From Ginglymostoma cirratum (taxonomy: Eukaryota): a DNA stretch of 64,000 nt. The position numbers and the translations under genes were made by a program. The stretch is from positions 27,704,377-27,768,376 of the forward strand of contig JAHRHZ010000022.1 in the NCBI GenBank assembly GCA_024137785.1. Reading direction: 5' to 3'. This document shows, in pieces, positions 11,701 through 24,512 of the stretch (the first letter of the stretch is position 1; every line of letters begins with the position of its first letter). The notes beneath the pieces are model-generated. The model did not search any database. It was not told where the DNA came from and saw nothing but the letters and a program-made list of their open reading frames with translations.

Positions 11701-12384
11701 TGAGAAGTACTCGCCGATGAAAAAGAGGCGCAGCTGTGTTGGTACTAGGTCCTTGTGTGTGTTGTGTGTATTTTTCCTCCTTTCCTTCACCATTAATACG
11801 AGTGACTTTTTTTCGTTTACAAAATAAAACTCATTCCCAATCTTAAGTTAAAAGGAGAAACGATATTTAGAGCTGCATCCGAAGATAATATCTGTGGGCG
11901 AGATCGTTGCAGCAGGATTTTCCGAAGGAAGGAAGTCAAGAGACAAACGTGGATCCGATTCCTTTAGATTTAAAAAAAACTGTGCCGAGACGTACTGCAT
12001 TGCGGCTTTGTAATTAAAAGGAAGAGGGAAAATAAACTGAATATTTTTGAACTCTTTACCTTGGGAAATAAATCCTTTGGACTTCGTACAATTTCTTGGA
12101 CATTTAAACTATACCATTGACTTTTGAACTATCCGGTTTATTAGTGAGTAAAACAGCTAGTATTTAATTTTGTGCAATGTGCAGTTGAAAACCAGTTATT
12201 TCCTGACTTTACCATCCAGTATAGTGTTTTTTTTTATAAACTTGCTTTAATACAACAAAATCTAAATACTTGAATTTCAGATATTAAATTGTGAAAAAGA
12301 GGACTTTTTTGTTTTTTGTGTTTTGCAGTTGTAGAAGGGTAAAACTTTTTTGGGTAAGGCTTGTCCCATTCAAAAAAAACAAAA

Positions 12385-12550
12385 ATGTCGTGTGTACATT
12401 ACAAATTTTCTTCTAAACTGAACTATGACACGGTCACTTTCGATGGGCTTCATATTTCTTTGAGTGATCTAAAGAAGACGATCATGGCCAGAGAGAAGCT
12501 GAAGGCGGCAGACTGCGATTTACAGATCACCAACGCGCAAACCAAGGAAG
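12385..12550 (+). CDS. RBBP6: RBBP6 coding exon 1 (DWNN N-half, MSCVHYKFSSKLNYDTVTFDGLHISL...TNAQTKE)
   Basis: Signature RBBP6 N-terminus; donor GAAG|GTACGT; 166 nt, ends phase 1. Confidence 0.98.
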
Positions 12551-13526
12551 GTACGTTAACCCCAACTTCTTATTTCCATTTAAATAATGTTTATTTTTCT
12601 GCCCTTTGTTCAGTGTTTCCTCTATCTGGTATGGTAGACAAGATGGCGTATGTTTGCTAGATTGGTCCGAATCCGTAAGGACTTCCTTACACGTTGAGGC
12701 AAACTAAACCAAATGCATTAAACCTAGTAAAGACATAACTTTTTTTCAGCATAAGCCTTTTAATCTTCACTGCTGCTTTATAACGATTTTTTTCAGTCAA
12801 CCGTGGTATCAATATCCCCGATCCCCAGACGAAAAATACATTTCTTGTCCTTTGTCATCTATAAACTGTCCTTCCGCCCTTCGGAGGCATATTTAGAAAG
12901 CAATGATGCAAGAATTTAGTCTCCAATTAATGTTCCTTGGGTGTCATCTACCCACGTCTCTGCGCCGTTTCGAAGACTGCCCTTCGGACTGTCTCGGTCT
13001 GAAGGGACGGTTGGTGTATAAAGTAGTAATTAGCAAGGATCTTTGCGTTCATGCGTTCGCACCCGGCTGGAATTATTTTAGACGCATCAGTAAAAATGGA
13101 TGGCTGCACTGATAATTGATTCGAGATTGATTTTTGCGTGGCGTATAGGTATGGTATACCATTGCATTTGTAAATACTCGTGTATTACTCGCTGGCTTTC
13201 GAGACTTCAGTTGTCTGGGAGTTGGTTTGCCACGCATTTTGTTGTAAAGTAAATTAGTAGTGTTTTGTTATAGGAATGACTGCTCTGAACATGATGAAAA
13301 TTCTGTAGCGTTGGAAGAAGAGAACCTCGATATGGCTTCAGTATTCTAGGTCAACATGAATGTTAGAGTTTGTTGAATGCAGATATTTGGACGTAACATT
13401 TCAATGGGGAAGGACTTTCCAATTTTTGGTAACCATTTCTATAGTTTACAATGTCAATAATGCACTTTCTACTTTTGATCTGCCTGCAGCATTTACTGGT
13501 TAACCAAGCCAATCTCCTCCTCCATC

Positions 13527-14107
13527 CTTGAAGATTGATTCACAGGTAGATAGGGTAGTGACGAAGGCGTTTGGTAAACATGTCTTTAATGGTCAGTGCA
13601 TCAATATAGGAGTTGGGATGTCATATTACAGTTGTACAGAATATTGGTTAGGCCACCTCTGGAATACTGCATTCATTTCTGGTGTCCCTACTTTAAGAAA
13701 CATGTTGTTAAACTTGAGAGGGTTCAAAAAAGATTTACAAGGATGTTGCCAGGTTTGGAGGCTTTGGTCTGTAGGGAGAGGCTGAACAGGCTGGGGCTAT
13801 TTTCCCTGGAATGTCAGAGGCCAAGGGGTGACCTTCTAGATGTTTATGAAATCATGATGGCATAGATAGGGTGAATAGCCGAGGCCTTTCCCCTGGGTAG
13901 GAGAGTCCAAAACCAGAAGGCATAGGTTTAAGGTGAGAGATGGGAGATTTAAAAAGGGTCAAAGGGCCAACTTTTTCACGCAGAGGGTGGTGCATGTATG
14001 GAATGAGCTGCCAGAGGAGGTGGTGAAGGCTTTACAATTACCACATTTGAAAGGCATCTAGATGGGTACATGAATTGGAAGGATTTAGAGGGATATGGGC
14101 CAAATTG
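13527..14107 (+). mobile_element. 5'-truncated CR1 LINE
   Basis: LVRPPLEYCIHFWCPYFKKHVVKLERVQKRFTRMLPGL; closely similar to 4170-4745. Confidence 0.88.
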
Positions 14108-14109
14108 CT

Positions 14110-14640
14110 AACCCATTATGTTTGGTCACTGCCATAAATTAGAATTCTCATGCCACTGTTTTGTCATCTTGGCCAGAGTATACGGTGGGAGCAGACAGTT
14201 CCTAAACTTGATGAACTCCACTGCCCTGTTGGTTGGTCATCCTCCCATCAGTGTCTATTAAGTTTGTCCTGAGCTTCGTTGCCCTTATCCGAAGTACACT
14301 AAGAACCATTCACTCATTACCAATTGCTGATGTGTTAGCCTCTGGTCCGTTAACACCTCAAGTTTTAAAATTCTAATTTTGTTGTTTAAATCCCTTAATA
14401 GTTTCTCTCCTCTTTATCTGTAACATTTCCAGACTGAGAATTGTGGTCTCTTATGCATCCTGTGTTTTTTCACCCTCCAATGACCATGCTTTTGAGGCCC
14501 TCTGCTGAACCTCTTGTTAAATCTACGTCTCATTAAACCTTTGGACACTACTATTGTGTCCTCCTATGTCATTTGACTTGTACTGCTGTGAAGCACTTTG
14601 GGATGTTTTCCTGTAAAATATGGTACATACAAGCTTTTCT
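14110..14640 (+). mobile_element. Old L2-type LINE 3' end
   Basis: Ends in a CTGTGAAGCACTTTGGGATGTTTT-type L2 tail. Confidence 0.5.
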
Positions 14641-15529
14641 GATTAGTAAGTCATTCTTTGTATAAACAGTCTAATTGCTTTATTTTCTGTTGTATGTACT
14701 GTCATTGAAGATGCTTTTTTTTTCCAGTTGAGTTCTAGAACAAGGACATTAGGTTGCATGTGTTCTGATTAAACTTGGTCAGTTGGAATAAACTATGATG
14801 CAGGACATTAAACTGGCTAAATGCATTAGTAGACAATTTCAAAACTGTTTAGTTTTGAGACTTTACATGTTGATCTTCAGTGATTTGCGCTGATTGTTTT
14901 CCAAGTTAACACATCACTTTATTAATTATCCAGTTTCAGTTGGAAACAAATTGGTTTCTGTGGGAGACTTTTTTGTGAACTTGAGTTCCTTAATGTAAAG
15001 ACTCTGTACTTGATTCCCTGTGTGATTGTTGCACTTTGACTCAATGTGATGGATATGTGACACAAAATGATAGTGGAGATGATTTTGATCTGACGTTATA
15101 AATATGGAGAGTACTTTTAATACTTTGTCCAGTGTATTTGTCGCAGTAGATTTTGTCTGCCCCTCAAAAAATCTGATGGTGAGAATTATAAGTTGTGAGC
15201 AGACAAGCATGTTTTTATTTCATGTTTCAGTTTCTTTGACTTAAATTTTACTGTTCACCTGTCACGTGTAATTCTTTTCCTTCCCAGTTCCTTTAGCTTC
15301 TGTATTTCTGTAAGATGTAGTTGTTGGACAGTGTTAGCTGCTGCTAACATAGGAGAGTGTCGATCAGCCCTTCCTTCCTGGTGTGTTTTTTAATTGGTTT
15401 CATTTAATTAGCCAGTAAGATGGTTGCCTAGAAAAAGGTATATTTCCCTTGGGTTGTTTGGGAGTAATGAAGGAGTAGGTTAAATGACAAGCCAGTCAAT
15501 TGTATATCTATGGATCATACAAACTAATC

Positions 15530-17250
15530 TACAACCTCTTAAATGTACTCCACTATAAAGTATCCCAGCGTGCTTTTTCACCAGATACTTGCCAAGCAAA
15601 ATTTGACACCAAACCAAGAAAGGAAGCATTAAGTCAGGTGACCAAAAGCATGGCCTAAAAGAGGAAGGAATTTTCGGAGGGTATTTCATCCGAGGTCTTG
15701 GGAACTGAAGGCATACTAGAAATGTGAGAATTTAAACTGGGGTTTTAAGGTACTAGAATTGATTTAAGTATAAGAATTTGAAAATTGTGTTACCGCTATT
15801 AGTATTATTTAACCAAAGACTATAGACCATTATAGAGTCTGGGTTGTACAAGAATGGAACTTGGTGAAAGCTTTACATGGCTAGTAGGAGCATAAAGATT
15901 ATGGAAGAAGGGCGATGGTCTAGATTACAGTGATGTAATTATTGAGGTAACAGAGGCATGGCTGAGTGTCTTGGCAGTGGACAAGCTGCAGTGGAGCAGA
16001 GTCGAGCAATGTTTCCTATGTAGAAATATAATCATGGTGTTGGCAGGGTCATGTCAGAAGTTCATGTTGGGGTCATAAATGGTGCACATGTTGATAACAG
16101 TCTCGCTCTGGCACTGCCAGCAGGGTGAATTCGATAGGCAAAAGCATTTGTGCAGATAATGGTTTTGATCTACCAGTATTCAATTGGAAATTTCTACTAT
16201 GGTGCTAGATGGCTAACCATTTGGAGTCTGATAGTTGATGGAAAAGGCAGCAATTATGGGCATTGCCAGCACTAGGTGGACCGTTGCTATCTGTGAGTGA
16301 ACATTACGCCTGACTGGCAAGGTAACCATGTCTGATGCACCAAACTTGATTCCAAGCAGGAAACAAGTAACCAGACTGCACAATTTTTTTAGATTAAATT
16401 TTAATCTAGTTGTAAACTGTTTTAAAAAATCACTACAACATTCTATAAATTTGATTTGCAAACTGACATTTCTGGTGACTGTTAAATAGCCTGGTGTCAA
16501 TGCAGGCTTCTGACAATTCAGTAAGATTATGGCTGATCAGATTGTGGCCTCAGTTTGTTTGTTTCTTCCAACTCTCCCCTTTAATCTTTGACAACATTGT
16601 GGATCAAAAACTTGTCTAACCCATCCTTTAAGTGACAAGTGATGTTACCTCAAACTTTTCAACAAAATTGGGGACTCTCTTGGTAAAGAAATTTAAACTG
16701 CTTATAATTGTTTTGGTGTTTTCCCAGATCTTAGAACTAGTTTTAAAATGTTATCACATTGATGGGTTGTCACTGACACAAATGTGCATGCACAGATGCA
16801 TTGTGGCTGCCATTCGCATGTTAAGAATTTTCACTCTGGTTAGAGAAGGTGGAGGGTAGTTGAAGTAGGGCTGCTTGTTGTCATTGTAATTGCATAACTG
16901 ACATGATTTATAGATGTTGCCAAGAGACAGACTATAGATGAGAAATGCAGAGCGTTAAGAATAAAGACTTGAGGAGCACCAGATCTGACAGTATAGCAGC
17001 TGGTACATCCCTGGATGTGACTCCATGGTTAAGAGTGGAACGTGTCAAGGTGGGTGCCATCCAACTGGACAGTGGAGTGTAGCTGAAGATATGCAGTGGT
17101 CAACTGTCAAAGATCGCAAACAGGTGAAAATGTGTAGGTTAAACCATATCCCAATTGCTTAAGATGCTATTTGTTACTTTGAGAGTTGTTTGGTACTATG
17201 TCAAGGCAGAAACCTCTACTGAGGGATTCAGTGTTAGAGTTCTGGAATCA
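15530..17250 (-). mobile_element. Degraded L2-type LINE pieces
   Basis: Reverse-complement L2 tail near 15530-15580 and purine-rich RT remnants. Confidence 0.4.
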
Positions 17251-19879
17251 TAAGGGAAACTGGAGCAGGAATAGACCATTGACCTCCTAGCCCCTTATGC
17301 TGTTCAGTAGGATTATGGTTGTTCTGAGTGTGCCCTAAGCTTCCCCTTATTTCTTTCTGCCCCCCCCCCCCCCCCCCCGACCAAATCTTTGCCCTTGTGG
17401 GTCAAAAACTGTGTGATATATCCTTTTAAGTGGTATCCACATGGGTTTGTCAGATGACGCTATCTCCGAGGACTTTTGCTGAGGATCATGATGTTGGAAA
17501 TGCAGCAAAAGCTTGCAAGAGCAGGAGATGTTGGTATTTGTTTTTGAGGAGATCGCAACTGATTAGAATAGAGGGGCATCAGTAGTGAACAATATCACTT
17601 AATATGAAGACACATTGGTCACCAGTTTTAGTGGTGTAGTGTTGATGGAGCGAAAAGGTAAGATTAGCTTCAAGAGTTTGCAAGGGTGGCATGAAGGAGA
17701 GAGTGGCAAAATTTAGTTCGTGGCTTCAGGTGGAAGGAGTTGAGAGTTTAATCTGGGCTAACAGAACAAAAGTCTTTAACTGGTCGCTCTCAACATTGGC
17801 AAAGAAATCGATGAGCTCCTTAAAAGTGAGCATTGAGGGGTTGGGTCGAGGAGCTTAAGATTGGTTGCTTTGCTGTCAAGAAAAGAAGCCATGAGATTGT
17901 TTTTGAATTCTCGGACAATCCAAAAATTGTGACTTGCCTTCGCAGATGAGAAAATTGTACATTATATGGTCCAGCAAGGTAGTGATGAATGACTAAACCA
18001 TTTTCCACTATCATCTCAAATCTGCATTCCTCTGACTTGAGGATAAGATAACTATGCCATAGGGAGCTGCCACTGTAAGATATGAATGGCTTTAGTGGCA
18101 ATTTGAGCTTTATAGGTTGAATTAAAGGAATGTTTTGAGCAGGTTTATAGCTGCAGAAGTATTTTGGCATGTGGAGGTTCCAAGGCTAACTGACTAGGAT
18201 ATTTTAAGTACAGCTTTAAGTGAACTGGGAGATAATTGGTTCCCCCAACCCAACCACAAAACATGACTGGCACTGTGGCAAGGATACACGGAGTGATTGG
18301 AACAGGTCTTGAGTAATCCTCAAGTGGCCTCCTTTCTCCTGTTGTGAGAGCATGATCAAAGACTTAAATAGAATTGGGGAATTTTATAAGAAGGGAGATA
18401 TTCAGGAACAGTGGGAGCACAATGAATTCTGAGGAAGAGCATGGTTTGTTCAGATGGATTCCAAATGACCAGGTTTAAAAAGTAATTTGATGCAGACACT
18501 AAGAAGAAAAACAAGTGTCACTATCCTGGTGATAATTAATAATTTAGTGTGTTCTAATGGAGATTGAAGCATAGGCTGGATGTCTAGAGAAGTCCCAATG
18601 GGGGGGTGAAAATCCAATAATCTGGTGAAAATAAGAAACAAATATAATTAGTGTTAAAATGAATATTCTGCTTTAGCTTCCTTGACTCGTAGTGGAATAA
18701 AAGTTTGGGGAAGAAGGAAATAAGGATGTAAGGAGCTGACCAATTAAGTATTGATAGAATATTGAATCATCAAAAAAATCACCTTGGGGAAATTCGGTTA
18801 TTTTTAAAGCTACACCAATCTGACTTGAAAGCAGCTATGAGAAGCACCTTGATTTGTAATATCTATCAAAACAGCATTGTTATATTCCATATTAGATCCC
18901 AATTTTTTGCCCACTTTTTGAGGCCACCTGTCTTGTGCCAGGTTAACTAATAAAATAAATCTTCTGATTTACTGTGTCAGCAGAAGAAATTCAATAAGTT
19001 TTGAAAATTATCCTCCTTAACTGTAACATTTATTTGGTCTATGACGTCATGCAAGATGTTGAAGATTTAAATTATCCCAGGTTATCGTGTCATTGGACAT
19101 GTAATCTGGAAGCATTGAAGAAAATTCCAGAAAATTGCTTTCATTTTCAAGAATTCAGAAGCTAAAATATACAATCAATGAAAGCATCATACAACTTTAT
19201 TTGCTATAGCTATATAATTTTAAGCTGGTTGCTTTGAGAGTTGTAAAATCTATAAAATGTCAATTTTAGTTATGTTAGCATTTTTCTCTTCATTGATATT
19301 GAATCCCACAAAAAAGTCATTCATATGTTGTTAAGTATTGAGCATTAAACAGTAAGAATGTCAAAGAGCAATTTCAAATTCAATTTGATTAAAAATTTGA
19401 GAGCTTTCTACATGCTTTTCGTTGTACGAATGACCCAAAGAGTTGAGTGATCTGGGTGCATGTGTTATGAGGGTTATTCCATTGAGAAGGTGAGTATTTC
19501 ATTCCATTGTTCCCTTTTGCGCAGAAGGTTTGCCTGGTGACATGCTTCTGCAGTATTAAAACTAGTGATCGGAGCTATAAATAATGGAAGTGTTTCTTGT
19601 TCACCAATATTAGAATTGATACAGCTGAAAAGAAGATATTTTGTGTTCATGAGGTGGTTATAGGCCAGAGGTCAAATGCTCAATGCTTTGCCGCCTTTGA
19701 AGGTTAATCAGAAAAATTAATACGAAATAAACCAATGTCTGATCCATGTAGTTTTGAGATTACTAAAGCACTTGAATGAATTTGACTTACATTCTGCAAT
19801 TGTGCAAGGTATTTCTGGTGAATGAGCAGTGCTTGTAATCTGACACCTGTTGAGTAATGGTTTCTTTAACTCTTAACAG

Positions 19880-19979
19880 AATATACAGATGATAATGCTT
19901 TAATCCCCAAGAATTCATCTGTGATTATCAAAAGGATTCCGATTGGAGGTGTGAAATCTGCTGGCAAAACATTTGTCAT
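19880..19979 (+). CDS. RBBP6: RBBP6 exon 2 (EYTDDNALIPKNSSVIIKRIPIGGVKSAGKTFV; end of DWNN, di-Gly at 19945-19950)
   Basis: Acceptor ttaacag|A, donor AT|GTAAGT; 100 nt. Confidence 0.97.
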
Positions 19980-21089
19980 GTAAGTATCTGAAAAATTTCA
20001 GTGTACAATCAGTTTTGCACATGTTTTAAGGAGCTTGATTTTATTTAGTATTTTTATATAACCAATAGAACTTTTTAACAATTACAGTGAGTGTGATTTT
20101 AAGCAGAGATGCATTTGGCAGTCCTTCATTTTACATTTTAGACATGAAAGACAGCAGAAAAGGTTTTACTAATTATTTAAGGCTGATGCATTGCAGTATC
20201 CTTCAGGTCTCTATATGTGTTGTATCAAATATTTGGATTATGTGAATTTTCGCATGTTGTTGTAATAGAGGAAATTAATCTGCATGCTATCTAAGCTGCA
20301 ATCACAAAGGATAGTCATTGGCCGCTTCACTCTAATTGCATCGTCTGCACTAGGCAGACAAATACAGATGTGTTACTAACTCTTCGGTAAAGTTCCATGA
20401 TCAAGTGTCTTATGTGAATGAGATAGAATGGAAAATCATTGCATTGTTTGCCCCTTTATCATTGCTATCCACCAAACAAACTTAACTGAGTAATCCAAGG
20501 CAGATTGAGTTGATTATCTTAATCTTGACACTCATCAATTAAGCCGTCACACCCAAGTCTGAAGTTATGATGTGTTGCTAATAACCCTGCATGTCCAAAC
20601 TTAAAGGTAGTGTTCATTATTTTGGTTTCATGCACAGTCAGGCCAATGCATAGATCATAAATGTATATTAATATGAGTATTAGTTTAAATATGTTTCAAC
20701 CTGCAGAGTAAGCTAATATGGATGTTGCTGTTTAGAATTTGTCAATCTTTGCAAATAGGATGCTCGATGCTCTGGTAGAATTCAGTTGTGAAGCTTTGTG
20801 ACTGATAATGGTCATGTTCTCTGATCTCCCTAATTTAATAAACTTTTACTTAATTTTGATTCTGCAAACAGTAGTCAGATGTTATTTGCAACTGTTTTGA
20901 ATATGTTCTTATTCTCTTTCTAAATCTCCTTAAATAAAGCAGAGTTTAGTGTTGAAACCTTTGTTTTGTCACTTTTGGTTTGGAGCAGTGGCTTGTTTTT
21001 AAAAATTAGCATTGATATTTGCCTTTGAAGCTATTGTTTTAATTTTACAGCATTACAAATGCAAGGATAGGGAAGCTGATTTGAATTGG

Positions 21090-21190
21090 CTCAAAAACAG
21101 AAATTGCTGAAAAATCTGAGATCTGGTAACATCTGTGGAGAGAGATCAGAATCAACGTTTCAAGTCCAGCAATACTACTAAAGAACTGGG
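21090..21190 (-). mobile_element. Degenerate hammerhead-family-2 element
   Basis: Minus strand reads ...GAAACGTTGATTCTGATCTCTCTCCACAGATG...TTTCTGTTTTTG; the CUGA core has decayed. Confidence 0.5.
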
Positions 21191-22099
21191 TGTTTTGGTA
21201 TGAAGTATAAAAAAAATTCTTGTCAAAAAAATGTTGAAATAAGTTAATAGAACAAAAGGATTTAGGAATACAGTTGCACATGTTAAATAATGATAGATTT
21301 ATAAAGCAATAAACAAGCCATTGAGTATTGGGATACATTTCTATCCTCCCATAGCACTGAGAAGCAGAGACTTGAATTACTCTCTAAGATTAAACAGGAT
21401 GGGACACTCCCTTAATACTGGAGGAGATGACATGGTAGAGGATGTCAAGTTTAACTGGGAATGTGTAATGGTAGACCTATTGGAAGTGTTGTGGTGGATG
21501 CAAAGCTTGGTGCTTTAGAGGCAAGTTATTTGTAAATCTGATAAGGAATTCCAGAGAAATATTTTTACCCATATAATAGGAATGTGAAACTCACTTCTGC
21601 AAGTAGTTAGGTGGAAGGCATAGATCCCATAAATGTCAAATTAGATATAAACTGTGGGAGTAAGGCCTAAAAGGACAGATTGATGAGGTGAGGTAAGAGA
21701 TTTGGAGGTTGCTCCTGTGGAGTGTAAGCATCAACATAGATGTGTTGGGCACAGTGGTCCTATAGCAAGTACAAAGTGTTTGTTCTTTGGTTTGTGGCAG
21801 AACCTTAGTTATAGTCCTGTGCAAAGCAACAGATGCTCTGTTTCTTGGACTTCTGACTCAATTTACAGATATACCTGGCAGATCTACCACTTTCCCGAGG
21901 ATGCTAAAACAGTAAAACCTGAAAATGAATAGCAAGAACAAGAAGTGTCAAGAAACAACTTCTTCCAAATGTAAAAATGGCAAAAAAAAACTCAACACAA
22001 GGAAGTAAATGTTGAAGAAAGCATGTTGTTGAATCTGAATAAGGATTTCATTTAAGGAAAGGAAAATACATCAACCTTGAAATCTAAACAAATAAAATG

Positions 22100-22224
22100 A
22101 AGAAGGGTCTAGGCCCGAAAGGTCAGCCTTCCTGCTCCTCTGATGCTGCTGGGCCTGCTGTGTTCATCCAGCTCTACACCTTGTTATCTCAGATTCTCCA
22201 GCATCTGCAGTTCCTACTATCTCC
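22100..22224 (+). mobile_element. Hammerhead-motif element, family 1 (5'-clipped)
   Basis: TGAAGAAGGGTCTAGGCCCGAAAGGTC followed by the same tail as 1-98; AAAATG on both flanks. Confidence 0.75.
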
Positions 22225-22504
22225 AAAATGCTGGCAATACTCGGTGGTTAAAAAGTCATTCACCCATAATGATACTTTTCTTGCACAATTAAATAATGCC
22301 TTCATATGAATTGCCTTGCAAATGTTACTGTTTTGCATCTAAATATTTTTTGTCTTCAACTTTTTTTGAAATTGACAACAGGAAGTTATATCCAGTCTTA
22401 AATTGTGTACATATCAAAGCAGAGTGGGCATTAGTACTCAAAATGTGAATGAGTAATTAAGTGACTTTGAATCGAGAAGATTTACATATTTTATGACTGA
22501 AAAT

Positions 22505-22800
22505 GACTCGCATTTGTACAACACACAATCTCAAGGCCCTTACCATTTCCAAATATGATGCAACATATTGCTTTAAATTAGTGTAATTGTTATGGTGACC
22601 TGCTGTGGTAATTGTACGCTTAGCAAGATCATACAAACAGCAATAAGATTGATTAATAGTTCATCTGTTATTGAATAAGGGGAAAAATGAGAGGGAGTTT
22701 GGCAATGAAGCGTATTTGTTGCTCTTCAAGATACCAAGCATCCAGTGGAATAAGATGGTGACTCTCCTCAGAGGCCAACACTAATGTAGCACTAGTTTTC
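22505..22800 (-). mobile_element. Ancient Deu-domain/L2-tailed SINE remnant
   Basis: AGCAAGATCATACAAACAGCAAT-type core; a similar remnant lies near 28870-29030. Confidence 0.45.
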
Positions 22801-22955
22801 AAATTTAGTTTATTTATTTCAAGTGCATTGATTTGGATTTAGTCGTCTGACATTTTGCTTGGATCAGTAAATTTGAAATTGGTAGTTTTGGACAAACAAA
22901 AATATTGTCTAATTATTTTGACGTAGACCAGAATTTCAGGGTTCAGTGGTGTTAA

Positions 22956-23141
22956 CCAAAACAGAAGTTGCTGGAAAAACCCAGCAGGTCTGGGCAGCTC
23001 AGCAGTTCTGAGGAAGGGTCATTGGACTCGAAATGTTAACTCTGATTTTCTCTTCACAGATGCTGCTTGACCTGCTGAGCTTTTCCAGCAACTTCTGTTT
23101 TTGTTCCTGATTTACAGCATCTGCAGTTCTTTTGGTTTTTA
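22956..23141 (+). mobile_element. Hammerhead-motif element, family 2, with inverted arms and degenerate 14-bp TSD
   Basis: AGTT-CTGAGGA-A-GGGTCATTGGACTC-GAAATGTT-AACT (23004-23041); arms 22958-22990 and 23069-23101. Confidence 0.75.
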
Positions 23142-24397
23142 TTCAGCGTTGTTAATACAGTCCCCATCTGTCCATTGCATTAACTATCTATTGTGTATGC
23201 GTCTGTTGGCAGTCGACTAAGTGATAAATTTTACTGGCATTTGACTTCAAAATTATTTGTATTCAGAATGTTGTATGCCTGTAATATATACAACCTGTCC
23301 ACCATCATACAAGTACCTTCAACCAATAGGATAGATAAGGCAAGCATGATCACTGACCTTGTTTTTTGCTCACTGAATCATGCACATTTGATAATTTAAG
23401 GGACCACAAAATTTTCTTTTTTTTTTTGGACTATAAACTGGACTGAAGGTAGTACAGCTCTATCGCTGAAATACGTGGAGAGTTTTGCAACCTGTAAAAA
23501 TCACAAGGTGCACTTTTTATTTTAGCTCGGCAAAACATATTTGCTTTGCGAAGTAGTAAGGGGTAATACTTTCAATGTGGTACCAAGAGTCTTTGAGGCC
23601 ACTTGACAAAAGCCCTCTGTTTGAATTTCAATTTGTTCCAAAGCTGTAAGTGCAGGGTAGCCAGTAATATCAACGCCTGTGAATTGGAAATGTTGCTGTC
23701 AGGCTCTCTGTAACCAGAAAAGACCTAGGGCCACTGGATCAATTATCAAAATGACACAAGACAATCACTTTACAGACCGCAATGCAAGTGTTACTAAAAC
23801 CAAAAACAATTAACAGACGATTTAACCAAATCTAGAGATCTGGTCTCCTGTTCTTCTCTACCTTGTCTATATTTTCAACACTCCTTGATATGCGTCGAGC
23901 AGTCTGTCTCTTGCCTTGATCGTAAATAAGGATGTAAATTTGGGGTTTGAGGGATATAGTTCAAATTGCACGATAGTGTATGAGAAACTTCCTTCTCTCT
24001 GCCATTTAGTAAAAGTTTTAAGTGTGTTACAATAAGTATTCATTCCTGTGAATTGTTTTTGCCCTTAATAGCAGCTAGGCAAGTTGGTCTTCCTGTTGGT
24101 TTAATTGGAATCTTCACTGTTTGGTAACAGCATATGAAACAGTGGCATGTGATTATGGATACATTCTTCCAGTTGTGACAGTGCTCATTTTGAAATTCTA
24201 TTTGACTGTTTTCTCATGACTAGTCTTTGATGCTTTCAAAGCATACTGATGTTTTTGGTTGAGAATTCATAATAAGAGTATTCTGTATTGAAAATATTTT
24301 CTCTTTTCGCTTATCTTGTTGTTATAGATATCTTTTATGTTTAACTTATGAGCTCAAAGCAAGTGACTGTAATATCATCTTGTCTTCTACTTTCTAG

Positions 24398-24434
24398 TGA
24401 TCGTTCTGAACCAGCAACTGGAACATCGAAAGCA
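24398..24434 (+). CDS. RBBP6: RBBP6 exon 3 (DRSEPATGTSKA)
   Basis: Acceptor tttctag|T, donor GCA|GTATGT; 37 nt, restores phase 0. Confidence 0.93.
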
Positions 24435-24512
24435 GTATGTAAAACAAAAATACAATCTGAACCTTTTATTGATTTTACATCTAAGTTGCTATTTTTAAAT
24501 GATAGTCGTTAG
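24435..24512 (+). CDS. RBBP6: Intron-3 read-through tail of the DWNN-only short isoform (VCKTKIQSEPFIDFTSKLLFLNDSR*; about 126 aa total)
   Basis: The frame stays open from the exon-3 donor to TAG 24510-24512, with a downstream AATAAA at 24903. Same architecture as mammalian RBBP6 isoform 3. Confidence 0.7.
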   Translation, partial: VCKTKIQSEPFIDFTSKLLFLNDSR

